A DNA stretch of 64,000 nt from Eledone cirrhosa (GCA_964016885.1 OZ024741.1:105276001-105340000), one strand, 5' to 3'; shown: positions 13,687 through 26,633, numbered from the stretch's first letter. Translations and numbers: made by a program. Notes: generated from the sequence alone by a model not told the origin.

Positions 13687-16600
13687 AGTCAGTCAACGCG
13701 ATCAGGCGTTGGAGACTATTCATTAAATTTAAGATGAATACTATCTCCGACAGTAATGCCACAACTACCAGTCATATTGAATAACTGGATATTCTTCTAA
13801 CTATATCCACTGAAGACACCTTTTAATCGAATTCGTAGAGATATCCGACTAAATACATAATCCATTTTACAAGGATCCGCTACAAACGGCATGGTTGAAC
13901 AAAACATCAACAACAACAACATCAGTGGAATATCGAAGAAAAACGAGAAAGTAAACAAAATTTATTCAGTTGTAGCTACAGAAGAAACCGAAATTATAAA
14001 TCGCATTTCTCTCGGATTTGCGAACTTAATGATGATTTATTTAATTGTTATAAAATGGCAAAAAACAATCCCTCCATTGGCTATATGAACAGAATGAAGC
14101 TACGCTGGGACGAAATACACCCAGAGCTAAATTAGTTCACAGCGAAACAAGCGACGCTTGTTGAACGTAAAAATAAGATAAATATTATTAATTGTAAGTC
14201 CCCCAGAACAAACATGGAATCAACAACACGTGCTACAGGTCGCCATGCTACTAGACTTCCTAGCAGACAGGTTGAACAGTGCCTTGAAACAACTATGCCT
14301 GTAAGAAACTTGACACCACCTGTACCATCTAAGTCTACCTCGAATGCTGGGGAAAACACTATCGATAATAATAATAATCGAAGAAATTTTACACCACGTG
14401 TACCATCCGAGTCTACCTCGACTGTTGTGGAAAATACTATCGATAATGATAATAATCAAAAGTATAAACAATTGAAAAATTCCCTCAACGAAATCTTCCA
14501 GAAAGAAATTCATTCATGTATAAACATTTCTCTTGCTGAACGTATTAAAACAACAATATTTAATTTAAAAAAAAAAAAAAAATAATGAAATATTACGTGT
14601 TGTTGACGAAATAAGGGATGAATATTTACGACGGATAAAAACCCCGACATTTTGGCAAATCAACGCCTGTTTATATGCCTTAGCAACAACAGTGAAGCAT
14701 TATCTTGGTGATAGCAGAGATATTAACAAGAACAAAACACCACCAAAAATACCATCATATATAACTAAAATAGAAAAAAAAGATTGCTGACCTACGAAAA
14801 ACCATAGGATAGACAATGCTCCTTACATGCAAACAAACACAAAAAAACTTCACTCCTCACCAACAAAGAGTGAAAAATAAAATAGAGATGATGTTTGGTA
14901 ACAGTAGAACCAGAACTCTTCAATATAAGCTGATCACCCTCAAACAAGAATAGAGAGCTGTTAGCGAAAAACGCCGATACCTGAAGAAGGTAGATGAAAG
15001 AAAAGTGTTTAATAAAAGATTCAGACGAAACCAAACATCAGTCTATAGAGATATGAAGAACAAAATAATAAGTGTCACTGAGACCCCAGCTCAGAAAGAC
15101 ATAGACTCCTTTTGGAGACAAATATGGGGTGAAAAGAAGAATTTCAACCAAGATGCAGTCTGGCTAAAAGAAATCCAAAAGAACTATTGCTCCTACACTA
15201 CAACAAAAACATACGAAATAAGTGAGGGTACCCTTGAGACTGATAGGAAAACTCCAAGATAAGAAAACACCGGGGAGAGACATGATTGTCAGCTACTGGT
15301 ACAAAAAAACTGATATTCTATCGGAGGTATCTTACCGACCTCTACCAACAAGTTCTTAATGGAGATACACTTATACCAGAATGGTTGACATTAGCACAAA
15401 CATTACTCGTCCCCAAGAACAAATACACCCACCTGACAAAAAACTACCGACCCATTTCATGCCAGAACCTAATGTATAAGATGTATACAGCATGCCTGAA
15501 CCTATTCCTCCAAGATCACTGTGAAAATAATAACATCATCACAGATGAACAAGCAGCTGGAAAGAAAGGGATTTGGGGATGTACTGAACAACTCCTCATC
15601 AACAAAACTGTGATGTAGGAGGTGGGACAACTTAGGAGAAATATGGCTACAGTCTGGCTGGACTACAGGAAAGCTTTCGATTCTGTTCCCCACTCTTGGA
15701 TGATAGAGGCCCTCCGACTTGCTAAAGTCCCAGACATTATTATCAGAGCCTTAGAGAAGCTGTCTTCTTCTTGGGCTACTATCCTAAAGTTAAAGACAGG
15801 GAAGGAGGACTCTATTTTCACTGATAAAATAAAATATCGTAGGGGTATATTTCAGGGAGACAGTCTCTCTGTGATATTATTCATCCTGTCATTAAACTCC
15901 TTGTCCTTTCTGCTCAAGAAATGTGAAGGATACATCATTGGCTCACAGGAGAACATAATTTCTTTGTGGATGATCTGAAACTCTATGCCAAGAACATGGA
16001 TGGGATGAAGAAAATTCTCGACCTGGTTACAACATTCTCAAAGGATATAGGAATGGAGTTTGGCCAAGATAAATGCTCATATACGACTGTAAAGCGGGGA
16101 AAAACAACAACACAATCTAGCAATATTTGTATCAATGGCCTAGCTGTTTCACCAATATCTGATGAGGACTGTTACAGATACCTGGGGATAGATGAGAACA
16201 TATCCTATAATGGTATCTGTAATAAGGAACGCGTAACCAGCGAATACTACACCCGATTAAGAAAGATCTGGTCATCGGAACTCTCTGCTCAAAACAAAAC
16301 AGTGGCTCACAATGTGTTTGCTGTGCCTGTCCTAACACCAACTTTTGGAATGCTCAATTGGACGATAGACGAAATCCGAGCGATTGATGTTAGAACTCGA
16401 AAAATACTAAACAACACCGGAAACTTCCACATCAACAGTGACATAAACCGCCTTTACTTGAAACGTAAGCAAGGAGGCAGAGGCCTAACATCAGACCAGA
16501 CAGCATTTGAATGTCGCATCATATCCCTCCGACATCTACGAACCTCAAAGCGTAGGAGCCCGTCTCTCGAGCAAGTCTGTCTGCTTGAAACAGATAAGAT

Positions 16601-17756
16601 CATGAGAGTTGGGAAGGAACTCCTCGAGAGGTATTGCCTGTGTGATAATCAAAAACTCACACTCAGGGAAGTCGCTCAGCAGTATCGCAGTGAATCCATG
16701 GATGAAAAACTTCATGCTTATCAGCAAAAAATCATGCATGGATATGTTGCCAGGAAGCTCCAGAGTGAGAGTAATATAGATAAAGAAAGTAGTCTATCTT
16801 GGACCAACAACCGCTATATTGGCTCCCGCTTTGAAGGATACGCTTTTGCAATCCAAGAACAGGAAATCAACACGAAATACGTGATTCACAAAAGAGATAG
16901 GGATGCAAGCAAAATATCTAGATGTGATAACAAGTGCAGACTCTGCAGAATTAACATCAAAGATGTCACCCATGTCATAAGCAGCTGTCCAAAGATGTCA
17001 TCGCGGTACTATCTACCTATGAGACATGATGTAGTGGCCAAAACACTGTACAATGCAATCTGTAGAAAAGATAGCCGCGATAATAAACACATTAAAAGCT
17101 ACAGCAATGTGGAAGACATCCACGTACATAATATGAAAGAGAACTGGTGGAATGTTCCAGTAAAAACCCCAATAAAATGCAAGCATAACAGACCAGATAT
17201 TATGATATGGGACAGGGAAAAGAAGGCATGCACAGTAGTGGAAGCTAGCTGCCCAGCAGATGCCAATATAATATCAAAGATTAGCGAAAAGGAGAATATT
17301 TATGCAGAACTGATGAGAAATCCTCAGATACTCCACCCTGATTATACCTTCAGATTTATACCTGTGATTATTGGGGCACTGTGATATGTTAGTAACTGCC
17401 TCAATACAAATCTTGAGAAGCTGGGCTTCACAGGAACAGAAAGAACACAACTAGTTAGGAAATTACAAGTACAATCCATTAATGGAACAGTAAAAATATA
17501 TAAAACATTCCCAAACTGTTGCATCTAATAACTGCATATACACATGTACAGATACTAAGCATATACACATGCACACATACAACTCAAAATATACACATCC
17601 ACATATACAATAACATCCATATCTACACATGCAGACATGCATACATATCTACCTAGTTGATGTTGTGTAAATTCCAATGAGAGAGTCTTGTGTCTATGTT
17701 AGAAACCGACTCTCTCTCTATTGGCAAAAATTTGTGAAATTATAAAACCAGAAGAA
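13687..17756 (+). mobile_element. R4/Dong-like RLE non-LTR retrotransposon, near full length, degenerate
   Basis: RT (YRPISC, DYRKAFDSVPH, FQGDSLS, MDDLK), CCHC (CRLC..H..C), RHD and RPD..E endonuclease motifs. Multiple stops and frameshifts. (CATA)n on both sides. Confidence 0.9.
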
Positions 17757-18194
17757 CATACATACATACATATGATATATTGAGAGAGGTGGGCAAGAGG
17801 AGAAGGGGGAGGAGGGGTAAGTGGAATGTTGTGATGGTTGTCCAAGTCATAACAACGTTGAATTGAAATTCATGCTGTAGTTTTGTGTCTGCCTTTCTTT
17901 TTGTATGTTTATTATACATGAACATATCGTACACCCCTCTATCATGAACGATTCTATGTTAGTGTTACTGCTAATATATATTTGTATTCAGTCAGTAGAG
18001 GAAAGGCAATGACCACAGCTCTTTTCACGTCTCTCAGCGGTCGTGAGAGGTAAGGAGCACATTGTCCTCAAATTATCGACCTTAGCTGAATCATTGCAGA
18101 AGAATCTTTGTACTTTGTTAAAGAAATGTCAACAAATTTTTGTCAAAATAGATAATGGATTGCTTAAAATATAGAAGAGGAGCGGATCTAACAA

Positions 18195-18350
18195 CGGGCC
18201 TTACTACACAGTTTCCGTCAACCAAAATGCATAACAAGACTTTCGTTAATCAGAGGTCATGATAGGAAAGAGTTGCCCAGGATAATGTGCAGAGGAACTG
18301 AACCCGCTACCACGTAGCTGTGAAGCAAATATCTTAACTACACAACTATG
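18195..18350 (-). mobile_element. tRNA-derived SINE (second family), degenerate
   Basis: Minus strand gtgtagttaag..cggttcagttcc..tgggcaa; similar to 48650-48880 and 51765-51960. Confidence 0.55.
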
Positions 18351-18413
18351 TCTCCATTCAACCATAAAATCATACTTATGCCCAACAATATAAAGCAAAA
18401 GGAAAATATAAAA

Positions 18414-18755
18414 CAGGGGTCTCAAACAAGCAGCCCACAGGCTGCTTGTTTGAGACCCCTGTTTTATATTTTCCTTTTCTATGGCTCACGACAGAACAAT
18501 TTTCCTGATTAATATTTTCCGAAAACTTGGTAATTTGTTCCTCCTAAATTTTGTATTAATTCACATATTCCATTCACTTATCATGTGCGTATTCATTTTG
18601 CTGAAAAATAAAATAATAAACAGCCTATCAGCTGTATTGCAGATTAGCATTATAACTGGCGGAAATCACGCCTCCACCTTATCTCCTTTTTGGCCCACTG
18701 TGCCTCTTCCCCATAACGTAATGGCCATTTTCGGTCCTTGAGTTTGAGACCCCTG
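18414..18755. mobile_element. hAT-type MITE
   Basis: TIR caggggtctcaaac / gtttgagacccctg. 8-bp TSD atataaaa / atataaag. Confidence 0.8.
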
Positions 18756-18774
18756 ATATAAAGATTACATAGTA

Positions 18775-19000
18775 CAGTGGCGGTAGAAGCATTTCTGAAT
18801 TTGGTCAATTTAATTTTAGTGATTAATTTTGCTTTTTGTACTCTAAAATGGTCAGAAAACTTCGATATGCGATAAACCTAACATGTACATAAAGTGTAGC
18901 GCATATCCAAATAGATGTGTGTTTTGGTAGTTTGGGGAGAAAATATAATTATTGGAGGGGGGGGGGGGCATGCTTCCCACCCCCAGTTCCTCCGCCAATG
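18775..19000. mobile_element. MITE with CAGTGGCGG-type TIRs
   Basis: TA-cagtggcgg ... ccgccaatg-TA. Internal segment repeated at 20480-20580. Confidence 0.6.
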
Positions 19001-19033
<33 letters not shown>

Positions 19034-19444
19034 AAATTATGCTCTGCGCCCTTTCCTAAGGGGTTAATATATCGAGCTTCTTCGCATTTGTTAAGAAACT
19101 GGTATTGTACCCAATTTATTTATCTCCTATATATATATATATATACATTTATTATAGCTATTGGGTGCGCAGGTGAGACTCCAGAGTAACAAGGATTAGC
19201 CATAATAAATGAATATTTAAACTCTACTTCAGTATTAAGTTTTCATTCTTACGTCCGTCAACAATTCAGTATTCTCAGGTCTTAAATAATCGTCCTCACC
19301 CCGCGTTTATTAATTTGTCAGATTCCCTCCCACCCGGTTTTATTCCACCCCCATCCCCCACCCGCTTATTACATTTTGCTAATCTATCTCCGGCGAAATT
19401 TTATTGTAAACGATTCATATTGATAGAGCAGCTGGACAATCTAA

Positions 19445-19632
19445 TAATTGTTTCTACTATTGGCACAAGGCCAGCAAATATCCAGTACATTACTGGTACT
19501 TTATTTTATCGACCCCGTAAGGATGAAAGGCAAAGTTAACCTCGGCGGGATTTTAACTCAGACCATAAAGGGGCTTAACTCTGTGCTGTAAAGCCTGGCG
19601 TCCGACCCTCTACCGATACTGCCAATTCACCA
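19445..19632 (-). mobile_element. tRNA-derived SINE
   Basis: Homologous to 7858-8025; A/B-box-like head on -. Confidence 0.8.
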
Positions 19633-19779
19633 ATTTTATTTTACATTAAAAAACATTATATAAGACAAAAGAAGAACATTACAAGAAATCCCATATTTAC
19701 GAACGTACACTATACAATTACTGATTTACCAATCCCCCCCCCCTACTGCCACCCCCTCCTATTAATAGGGACCCGAGAG

Positions 19780-20480
19780 TACCACCAAACTCTCCACCTC
19801 TCTGTGTCTATCACACGAAACTCTCTTTTAATCCCCCTCTCTGTATCTACTAAAGCCAAACTCTACCCCTCTCTATATCTGCTACTCGGAACTCTCTTCC
19901 AATCCTCCTCTATATATCAATTAACACCAAACTCCCCCGCTCACTATATCTACTACACGGAACTCTCTTCCTGTCCTCCTCTCTATATCAATAAACATCA
20001 ACCCCCCCCCCTCTCTCTACATCTAATATACAACACACTCTCCCTACGCCCATCTCTATATCTATCAATTCTCTCCCTCGATTCATTACCACCAAATTCT
20101 CCCCTTATCTATATCAACTAACACCAAACTCTCCCCCTCTCTATATCAAGAAACACCAAACACTCCCTCTCTATAGATCTACTACATGGAACTCACTTTC
20201 AATCCCCCTCTCTGTATCAATTGACCCCAAACTCTCCCCCTATCTAAATCTACTACACGGAATTCACTTTCAATCCCCCTTTCTATATCATTTAACGCCA
20301 AACTCTCCTCCCCGTTTTATCTCTTCAAATTCCTCTCTCTATATCAATAAACATCAATCTCTCCCTCTCTCTATATCTAATATACAACACACTCTCCCAA
20401 CCTTCCTCTCTATATCAATTACCACTAAACTCTCCCCCTCTCTCTATTTATATCTATCTCTCCCATCTGTCTCTACATAA
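19780..20480. repeat. Degenerate CT-rich minisatellite (accaaactctccccctctctatatc units)
   Basis: Recurring ~25-30 bp unit. Confidence 0.75.
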
Positions 20481-20998
20481 CTAACATGTACATAAATTGT
20501 AGCGCATATACAAATAGATGTGTTTTGTTAGTTTGCGGAGAAAACTATAATTATTGAGGGGCGGGGGGGGGGGGTAACGTGCGGTGGAATTGAACACACT
20601 ACCATATAAAGATTATATAGCATTATAATATATTGCTGAAATGATTCGATTGTTAAAAAAAAAACAATTTCGAATAATCGCATCAAAAATCATAGAAATT
20701 TAGAATAACAATTAAAGCCGTCTGTTATAATATTGAGTAAAAATAAAACATTCTAATTATAAATATAAAATAAATATTAATACTTAAATCCGTTCACAAA
20801 ATTTAATGTGATAAAAAAAACATTGTTTACATTAAGATTTAAGGCTTATTTTTAAGAGCTAAGTTTGTTTTTTTTATGATGACGACGTTGATGATAGTGA
20901 CAATGTTTTAGATTATAACAACAAAAATAAACTAGAAATACTGTTTATAAAAGAATATATATGACTTGTTCGAAGCGAATATGATGCACACACACACA

Positions 20999-21001
<3 letters not shown>

Positions 21002-21085
<84 letters not shown>

Positions 21086-21517
21086 TGCATATATATATAA
21101 TATATATACATATATATATATACATATAATATATATACATACATATATATATAATATATATACATACATATATATATAATATATATACATACATATATAT
21201 ATAATATATATACATATATATATAATATATATACATATATATATAATATATATACATACATATATATATAATATATATACATACATATATATATATACAT
21301 ATATATATAATATATATACATACATATATATATAATATATATACATACATATATATATAATATATATACATACATATATAATATATATACATACATATAT
21401 ATATAATATATATACATACATATATATATAATATATATACATACATATATATATGATATATATACATACATATATATATGATATATATATATACATATAT
21501 ATATGATATATATATAT

Positions 21518-21578
<61 letters not shown>

Positions 21579-21659
21579 TATATATATATACACATATACA
21601 TATATATATATACACATATACATATATATATATACACATATACATATATATATATACAC

Positions 21660-21748
<89 letters not shown>
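21002..21748. repeat. Compound TA / TACA microsatellite
   Basis: Direct inspection. Confidence 0.95.
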
Positions 21749-21751
<3 letters not shown>

Positions 21752-22314
21752 GAAGTTAGTAAGCCCGTGGGTACTAAGTACCCCTGGAAATACATAGGTT
21801 GTCTATGATTTAAGGTTGTTCTATGGTATCAATTTGACATACCAGAACTATAATATTAATATAAGCAGAACAAGCAAAATTCAACCAATTTTTTAAAATA
21901 AATTAAAAAATATAATTTAAATATTTACCTATTCATATGGCTCTTACCGATCGGTTTCGCCTTGTAAAACACCAGAGACCCAATGGATTTCCAATGGAAA
22001 ATCAAGGCTCATCAGAGAAGCATTTTCCCTTCCTAGGGCTAAAGACCCAGGAACGATAAAATATATTATCTGCCAGCTAGCACAGATCCAAAAGGCCGAA
22101 AAATGACCTGTACGTGAACTACCCGAGGTGAAAGCGGGAAAAACATAGACGTGTTGTCTATCTCGTTACTAAAAATAGCAGCTAAATAGAAACAACATGA
22201 TTGTTCTCAACAAATGGAGGGTGATAGAAGAAGTTAGTAAGCCCGTGGGTACATTAAATTATATTTTTTAATTTATTTTAAAAAATTGGTTGAATTTTGC
22301 TTGTTCTGCTTATA

Positions 22315-22321
<7 letters not shown>
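21746..22321 (-). mobile_element. Retrozyme-like insert: 478-nt monomer + terminal direct repeat + inverted arm
   Basis: Direct repeat 21746-21774 / 22224-22252. Inverted repeat 21853-21920 / 22254-22321. One HHR, no ORF, (TA)n flanks. Confidence 0.8.
21941..22020 (-). ncRNA. Hammerhead ribozyme, canonical core
   Basis: UUCU-CUGAUGA-GCCUUG-long loop-CAAGGC-GAAA-CCGAUCGG-UA-AGAG. Confidence 0.88.
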
Positions 22322-22367
<46 letters not shown>

Positions 22368-22435
22368 AGTTAAGAACTCAGGGTAGTCTCTTACAATTAA
22401 ATAGCTCTAAGAAAAAAGCTTTTCCGAGCCGTACA

Positions 22436-22885
22436 ATATAATTGAATAAACAAGAGAGATGAACACTAATATAAACATACGTGTGTTCAAATCGTAAGGA
22501 CCAAAATTTGCTAGAGTGGAAAAATACTAACTACAGCAATATAGTTTGTTATCCTTAACTTTAAATATTAAATTAAGAAAAATAAAGAAAAATAACAGAC
22601 CTATATTGGGCAAAAATGCCTGGTAACAACTAGACAGTGTTGGAGAACTTCACTTAACAAGTCGTTGCGAACAGTCTCCAACACTGTCTAGTTGTTACCA
22701 GGCATTTTTGCCCAATATAGGTCTGTTATTTTTCTTTATTTTTCTTAATTTAATATTTAAAGTTAAGGATAACAAACTATATTGCTGTAGTTAGTATTTT
22801 TCCACTCTAGCAAATTTTGGTCCTTACGATTTGAACACACGTATGTTTATATTAGTGTTCATCTCTCTTGTTTATTCAATTATAT
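22436..22885. repeat. Long inverted repeat, 211-bp arms, 28-bp spacer
   Basis: 22436-22646 is the reverse complement of 22675-22885; no mismatch noticed. Confidence 0.92.
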
Positions 22886-23134
22886 ATATATATATATATA
22901 TATAGTGTTTTCGCAAAATTCAAACTCTAAAGAATGTTTCCAGTCCGGCCTTCTGTTATTTTTAAATGAATATTTAACTCCTGCACCAGCCACAGAGTAC
23001 CACATCTACGATGGATGATTTGCATAACGTCGAGTGCTTTAATTTATTGAATCATCATTTACTAACCTGTTCTACCTACTGTTAAACAACATAACATAAA
23101 TGGTATATATATATATATGTGTGTGTGTACATAT

Positions 23135-24131
23135 GTATATATATAAAATTAAGTATGTGTCTGTGTGTCTGTGTATTATCTATAGGGGCCTACATCTTAC
23201 GACCGATTTTCATGAAACTTTACAGGCTCATAGATTAGTCATCGGGGAGTATTTTCTATATATCAGCGTATCGTTTTTTTTTATTCCTGCAGATAAAAAT
23301 CGATAGGGAGGTCACCTTTTTTTAGGTATCGAAAAATAAGATTTTTGGCTCTAGTTCCCACATTTTGTCACCGATTTCGTTCAAATTTTAAAGCAAAATA
23401 AAATTTATCATTGCACATCCTGTAATGGCTTTATATTTTGCATTTGTTGTTCAGGGACGGCGTGGCAGACGCTTAAATATTCAAAAATACCACTTTTAGA
23501 CTCAAATTTCCACTTTTTCGGCTCTAGCTCCCACATTAATCAACCTACTTTGTTCAAATTTTACACTACACTAGATCTGATTATTTCACGTTTTAAAGTG
23601 GTTTTACATTTTGGATTTTTTAATTCAGGAACGGTGTGGCAGCCGCTTAAATATTCGAAAATACCACCTTTTCGCTCAAATTTCCGCCTTTTCGGCTGAA
23701 GCTCCCATAATTTTAAACCGATTTCGTTCAAATTAGAAACTTCGGTTCCACCTCACACATAAATCAATTTATTTGGTTCAACTTTTATACTACGATAGAA
23801 CCTATCATTGCACATCTTATAGATGGTCAAAGGCAAAACGATGGGCACTGACGTCGTCTGAGCTTTTAGTTGTGTATTTGAGAATTCATCGGTTTCCAAT
23901 CAAGTAGCGTGAGGAAATTTGGCTTAGTGTTAGGTCATTATCTCCCTCCCCCAGCTTGCCCCTTCGTCAGTCACCCGCGTTTCTCAGTGATAGAGGTCAT
24001 CACCACCCTGCCCCGCATGGCCTGTGTGTGGCCATAGATGAGTTATCGAGAAGCAGTCGCTAAGATCAACACCTTTTCATCAAAGCAGATATTATTTTAC
24101 GTACCCAGGCAACGCTGGGTACTGTTACTAG
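23135..24131 (+). mobile_element. Non-autonomous Helitron
   Basis: 5' TATATATAAAATTAAGTATGTGTCTG..ccgattttcatgaaact. 3' gtacccaggcaacgctgggtac hairpin + CTAG. Internal ~180-bp repeats. Confidence 0.8.
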
Positions 24132-24301
24132 TATATATATATTAAGAAGTACGCTAGTAGCTGAATATACGATAAAGTTATATCTCTATTTATGGATAGA
24201 CGTAACTGTGTCAATATGTATATAAATATACACATTTTTAATATGTAGGCATGTAAAAATGCCAGAAATTCGAATTTCACAGTAAATCGAAAATAATTAT
24301 A

Positions 24302-24352
24302 AACACCTTTAATTGATTTTCAGACCTAGTTGGACCCTGATCAGAAGGTGTT
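24302..24352 (-). ncRNA. Hammerhead-like motif with G8C change
   Basis: AACACCUU-CUGAUCA-GGGUC-loop-GGUCU-GAAA-AUCAAU-UA-AAGGUGUU (8-bp stem I). Confidence 0.6.
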
Positions 24353-24609
24353 AATATCATCCAAACAACCACAAGAAACATCTATTTGATGGGTGTATAT
24401 ACCCATTCGCTTTTAATATTATTCTGAAATGTATATGTACTAATTTGCATATAACTAGCATTTATGTTGGTAGTTAATTAAGAAATATATATATATATGT
24501 GTGTGTGTGCGTGTGTTTTCTTACTTGTTGTCACGTGACCCTTCATATTCCGTCGTAGCAGGAAACAAAAAATAACTATTTTTTATACACACACACACAT
24601 ATACACACA

Positions 24610-25050
24610 CATAAATTATTTTCTTATACACTTCAAAATATGGGGGACTCCCACTCTATAGACTTGACTACTTAACACAATAAAATAAACATGAATTCCT
24701 TTTAAAATTGTCACTACCCACATTCACTGAACCATCATACTCCCAATTTTTGGCGCAAAAATCTTCAAGCAAAACTCTATTCCTAATCACGTTATCAACA
24801 ATTTTTTGTGCAAAAAATCTACACCACTCTATACCTAATCAATAAAACTGAATCTTCTACAACCAGTCCAATTGTATTTAAAACAAATAGCAATCTGAGC
24901 CACCTTTTTGCATAAAACGGAAGGAAAGTTACCAAAAAATCAAATGCGATAGACATCATCACATAGTTACACATCTCTCATCTCACCTAACTTTTGAAAC
25001 CGGTAAAGTTATTCCTAAGAGTCCGATTGCATTTTCAACTTCACTTCCCT
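24610..25050 (+). mobile_element. Non-coding family B element, degenerate
   Basis: Similar to 41490-42160; ends ttttgaaaccggtaaag..gcattttc..ccctata. Confidence 0.55.
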
Positions 25051-25175
25051 ATATATATGCGTACATATGTATATGTATATATGTGTGTATGTATATATGT
25101 GTGTGTATGTGTGTGTGAGTACGTATGCATACTTACATTTATTTATCAGCTGTGCTAGGGCGAGAAATAAAATTC

Positions 25176-25209
<34 letters not shown>

Positions 25210-25216
<7 letters not shown>

Positions 25217-25512
25217 GTGAGGGTTTTTTTTTACAAAATGAAAAATAACCGAGGTGTCCTACACGAGTGAAAGTATAAAGAAAAAAAGATGAAATCGAAA
25301 ATGCAACTGGAGTCTTATTTTTAAAAATATATATATATTTATTTGGTTCCTTTACCGGTTTCGCAGTTCTTCTGCTTTTCAAAAGTAGAGTTGAGGTGGA
25401 GGGTCTGTGGTTTTTTTCACATCTGGTAAAGGAACTGGTAAAGGAACCAAATAAATATATATATATTTTTTAAAATAAGACTCCAGTTGCATTTTCGATT
25501 TTATCTTTTTTT

Positions 25513-25518
<6 letters not shown>
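25210..25518 (-). mobile_element. Family B fold-back insert in (TA)n with HHR
   Basis: Inverted repeat about 25275-25356 / 25437-25518. Confidence 0.75.
25350..25385 (-). ncRNA. Minimal hammerhead with U3-A8 covariant core
   Basis: CUU-UUGAAAA-GCAG-aagaa-CUGC-GAAA-CCGG-UA-AAG. Confidence 0.72.
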
Positions 25519-25564
<46 letters not shown>

Positions 25565-25571
<7 letters not shown>

Positions 25572-25792
25572 AGATTCAGGACCCCGACGGCTGAGCCCTG
25601 GCCGTTTCGACAGCTAGATCCGAACTAAACCACCAGTATACCGGTGGATTAGTTCGGATCTAGCTGTAGAAACGGTCGGTACTCAGCCGTCGGGGTCCTG
25701 AATCTTTTCATATTACCCACTCTACTACCCTAAGTATCGAGTACTCTGGTGGGTTATGTTATGGTCCACCTGATATTTTACCACAACCTATC
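25565..25792. mobile_element. Family A fold-back insert
   Basis: Inverted repeat about 25565-25634 / 25643-25712. Tail tacccactctactaccctaagtat is the reverse complement of 196-219. Confidence 0.75.
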
Positions 25793-25834
<42 letters not shown>

Positions 25835-25884
25835 ACACAGACGAGAAAACTATATATTCTCGCCTGTGTTCTAGTCCAACAGTC

Positions 25885-25956
25885 GCAAGCGGCGGGAGGG
25901 ACCGTCCTGACGAAGGCCAGTTAAGCCTGAAATACATAGACGGTTGTCCCGCTTGC
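25885..25956 (+). ncRNA. Hammerhead ribozyme, canonical core, extended stem I
   Basis: ACCGUC-CUGACGA-AGGC-caguuaa-GCCU-GAAA-UACA-UA-GACGGU; distal gcaagc..ggga / uccc.gcuugc pairing. Confidence 0.88.
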
Positions 25957-26095
25957 TTCTGCTGGACATCACCAGAGGGCGTTAGCCCCCCGGTGTTTTC
26001 ATAGCTACGGCTTCCTGAAACCGTATTTCTTTGGCGATACGAAATATTTATACATATTGTATAAAGCTATGCTTGAAGCGAAATCCTATTTCTCT

Positions 26096-26175
<80 letters not shown>

Positions 26176-26476
26176 GTTAAAGAGGAGATAAAGTTCCATA
26201 CAAATCGAAGATATTAGAGGAAATACACAGAAGTGCATTTAAACTACTGTTTGTCCTTTAATCTATCAAAACAAATGTTTCTATATTTGGTACATCAAAT
26301 ATATTTGAGTTTTATCAAATATTTTTTACTAGTTTCAACAAACCTATCAAATAATAATTTACATTAATAAATTCTGTTCTCATATTTTGGAAGCTCTTAA
26401 ACAAATGCATTTTGTCAAAATGTTTTTGATAAAAGTTGAATTTATTTAATGTATCAATACTTTTGTTGGATTAAAG

Positions 26477-26631
<155 letters not shown>

Positions 26632-26633
26632 GT

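Noticed and set aside
17991-18049. Possible upstream CRHBP exon (AG...GTAAGG)
   Set aside because: Splice-like signals are present, but the peptide shows no recognisable CRHBP similarity.
19560-19632. tRNA gene
   Set aside because: Degenerate tRNA-like SINE head; no complete cloverleaf.
20913-21808. Long YI/IY-rich ORFs (also 268-977, 27261-28204, 32770-33791, 38942-39474, 46788-47207)
   Set aside because: Translations of TA/CA microsatellites that happen to lack stop codons; not genes.
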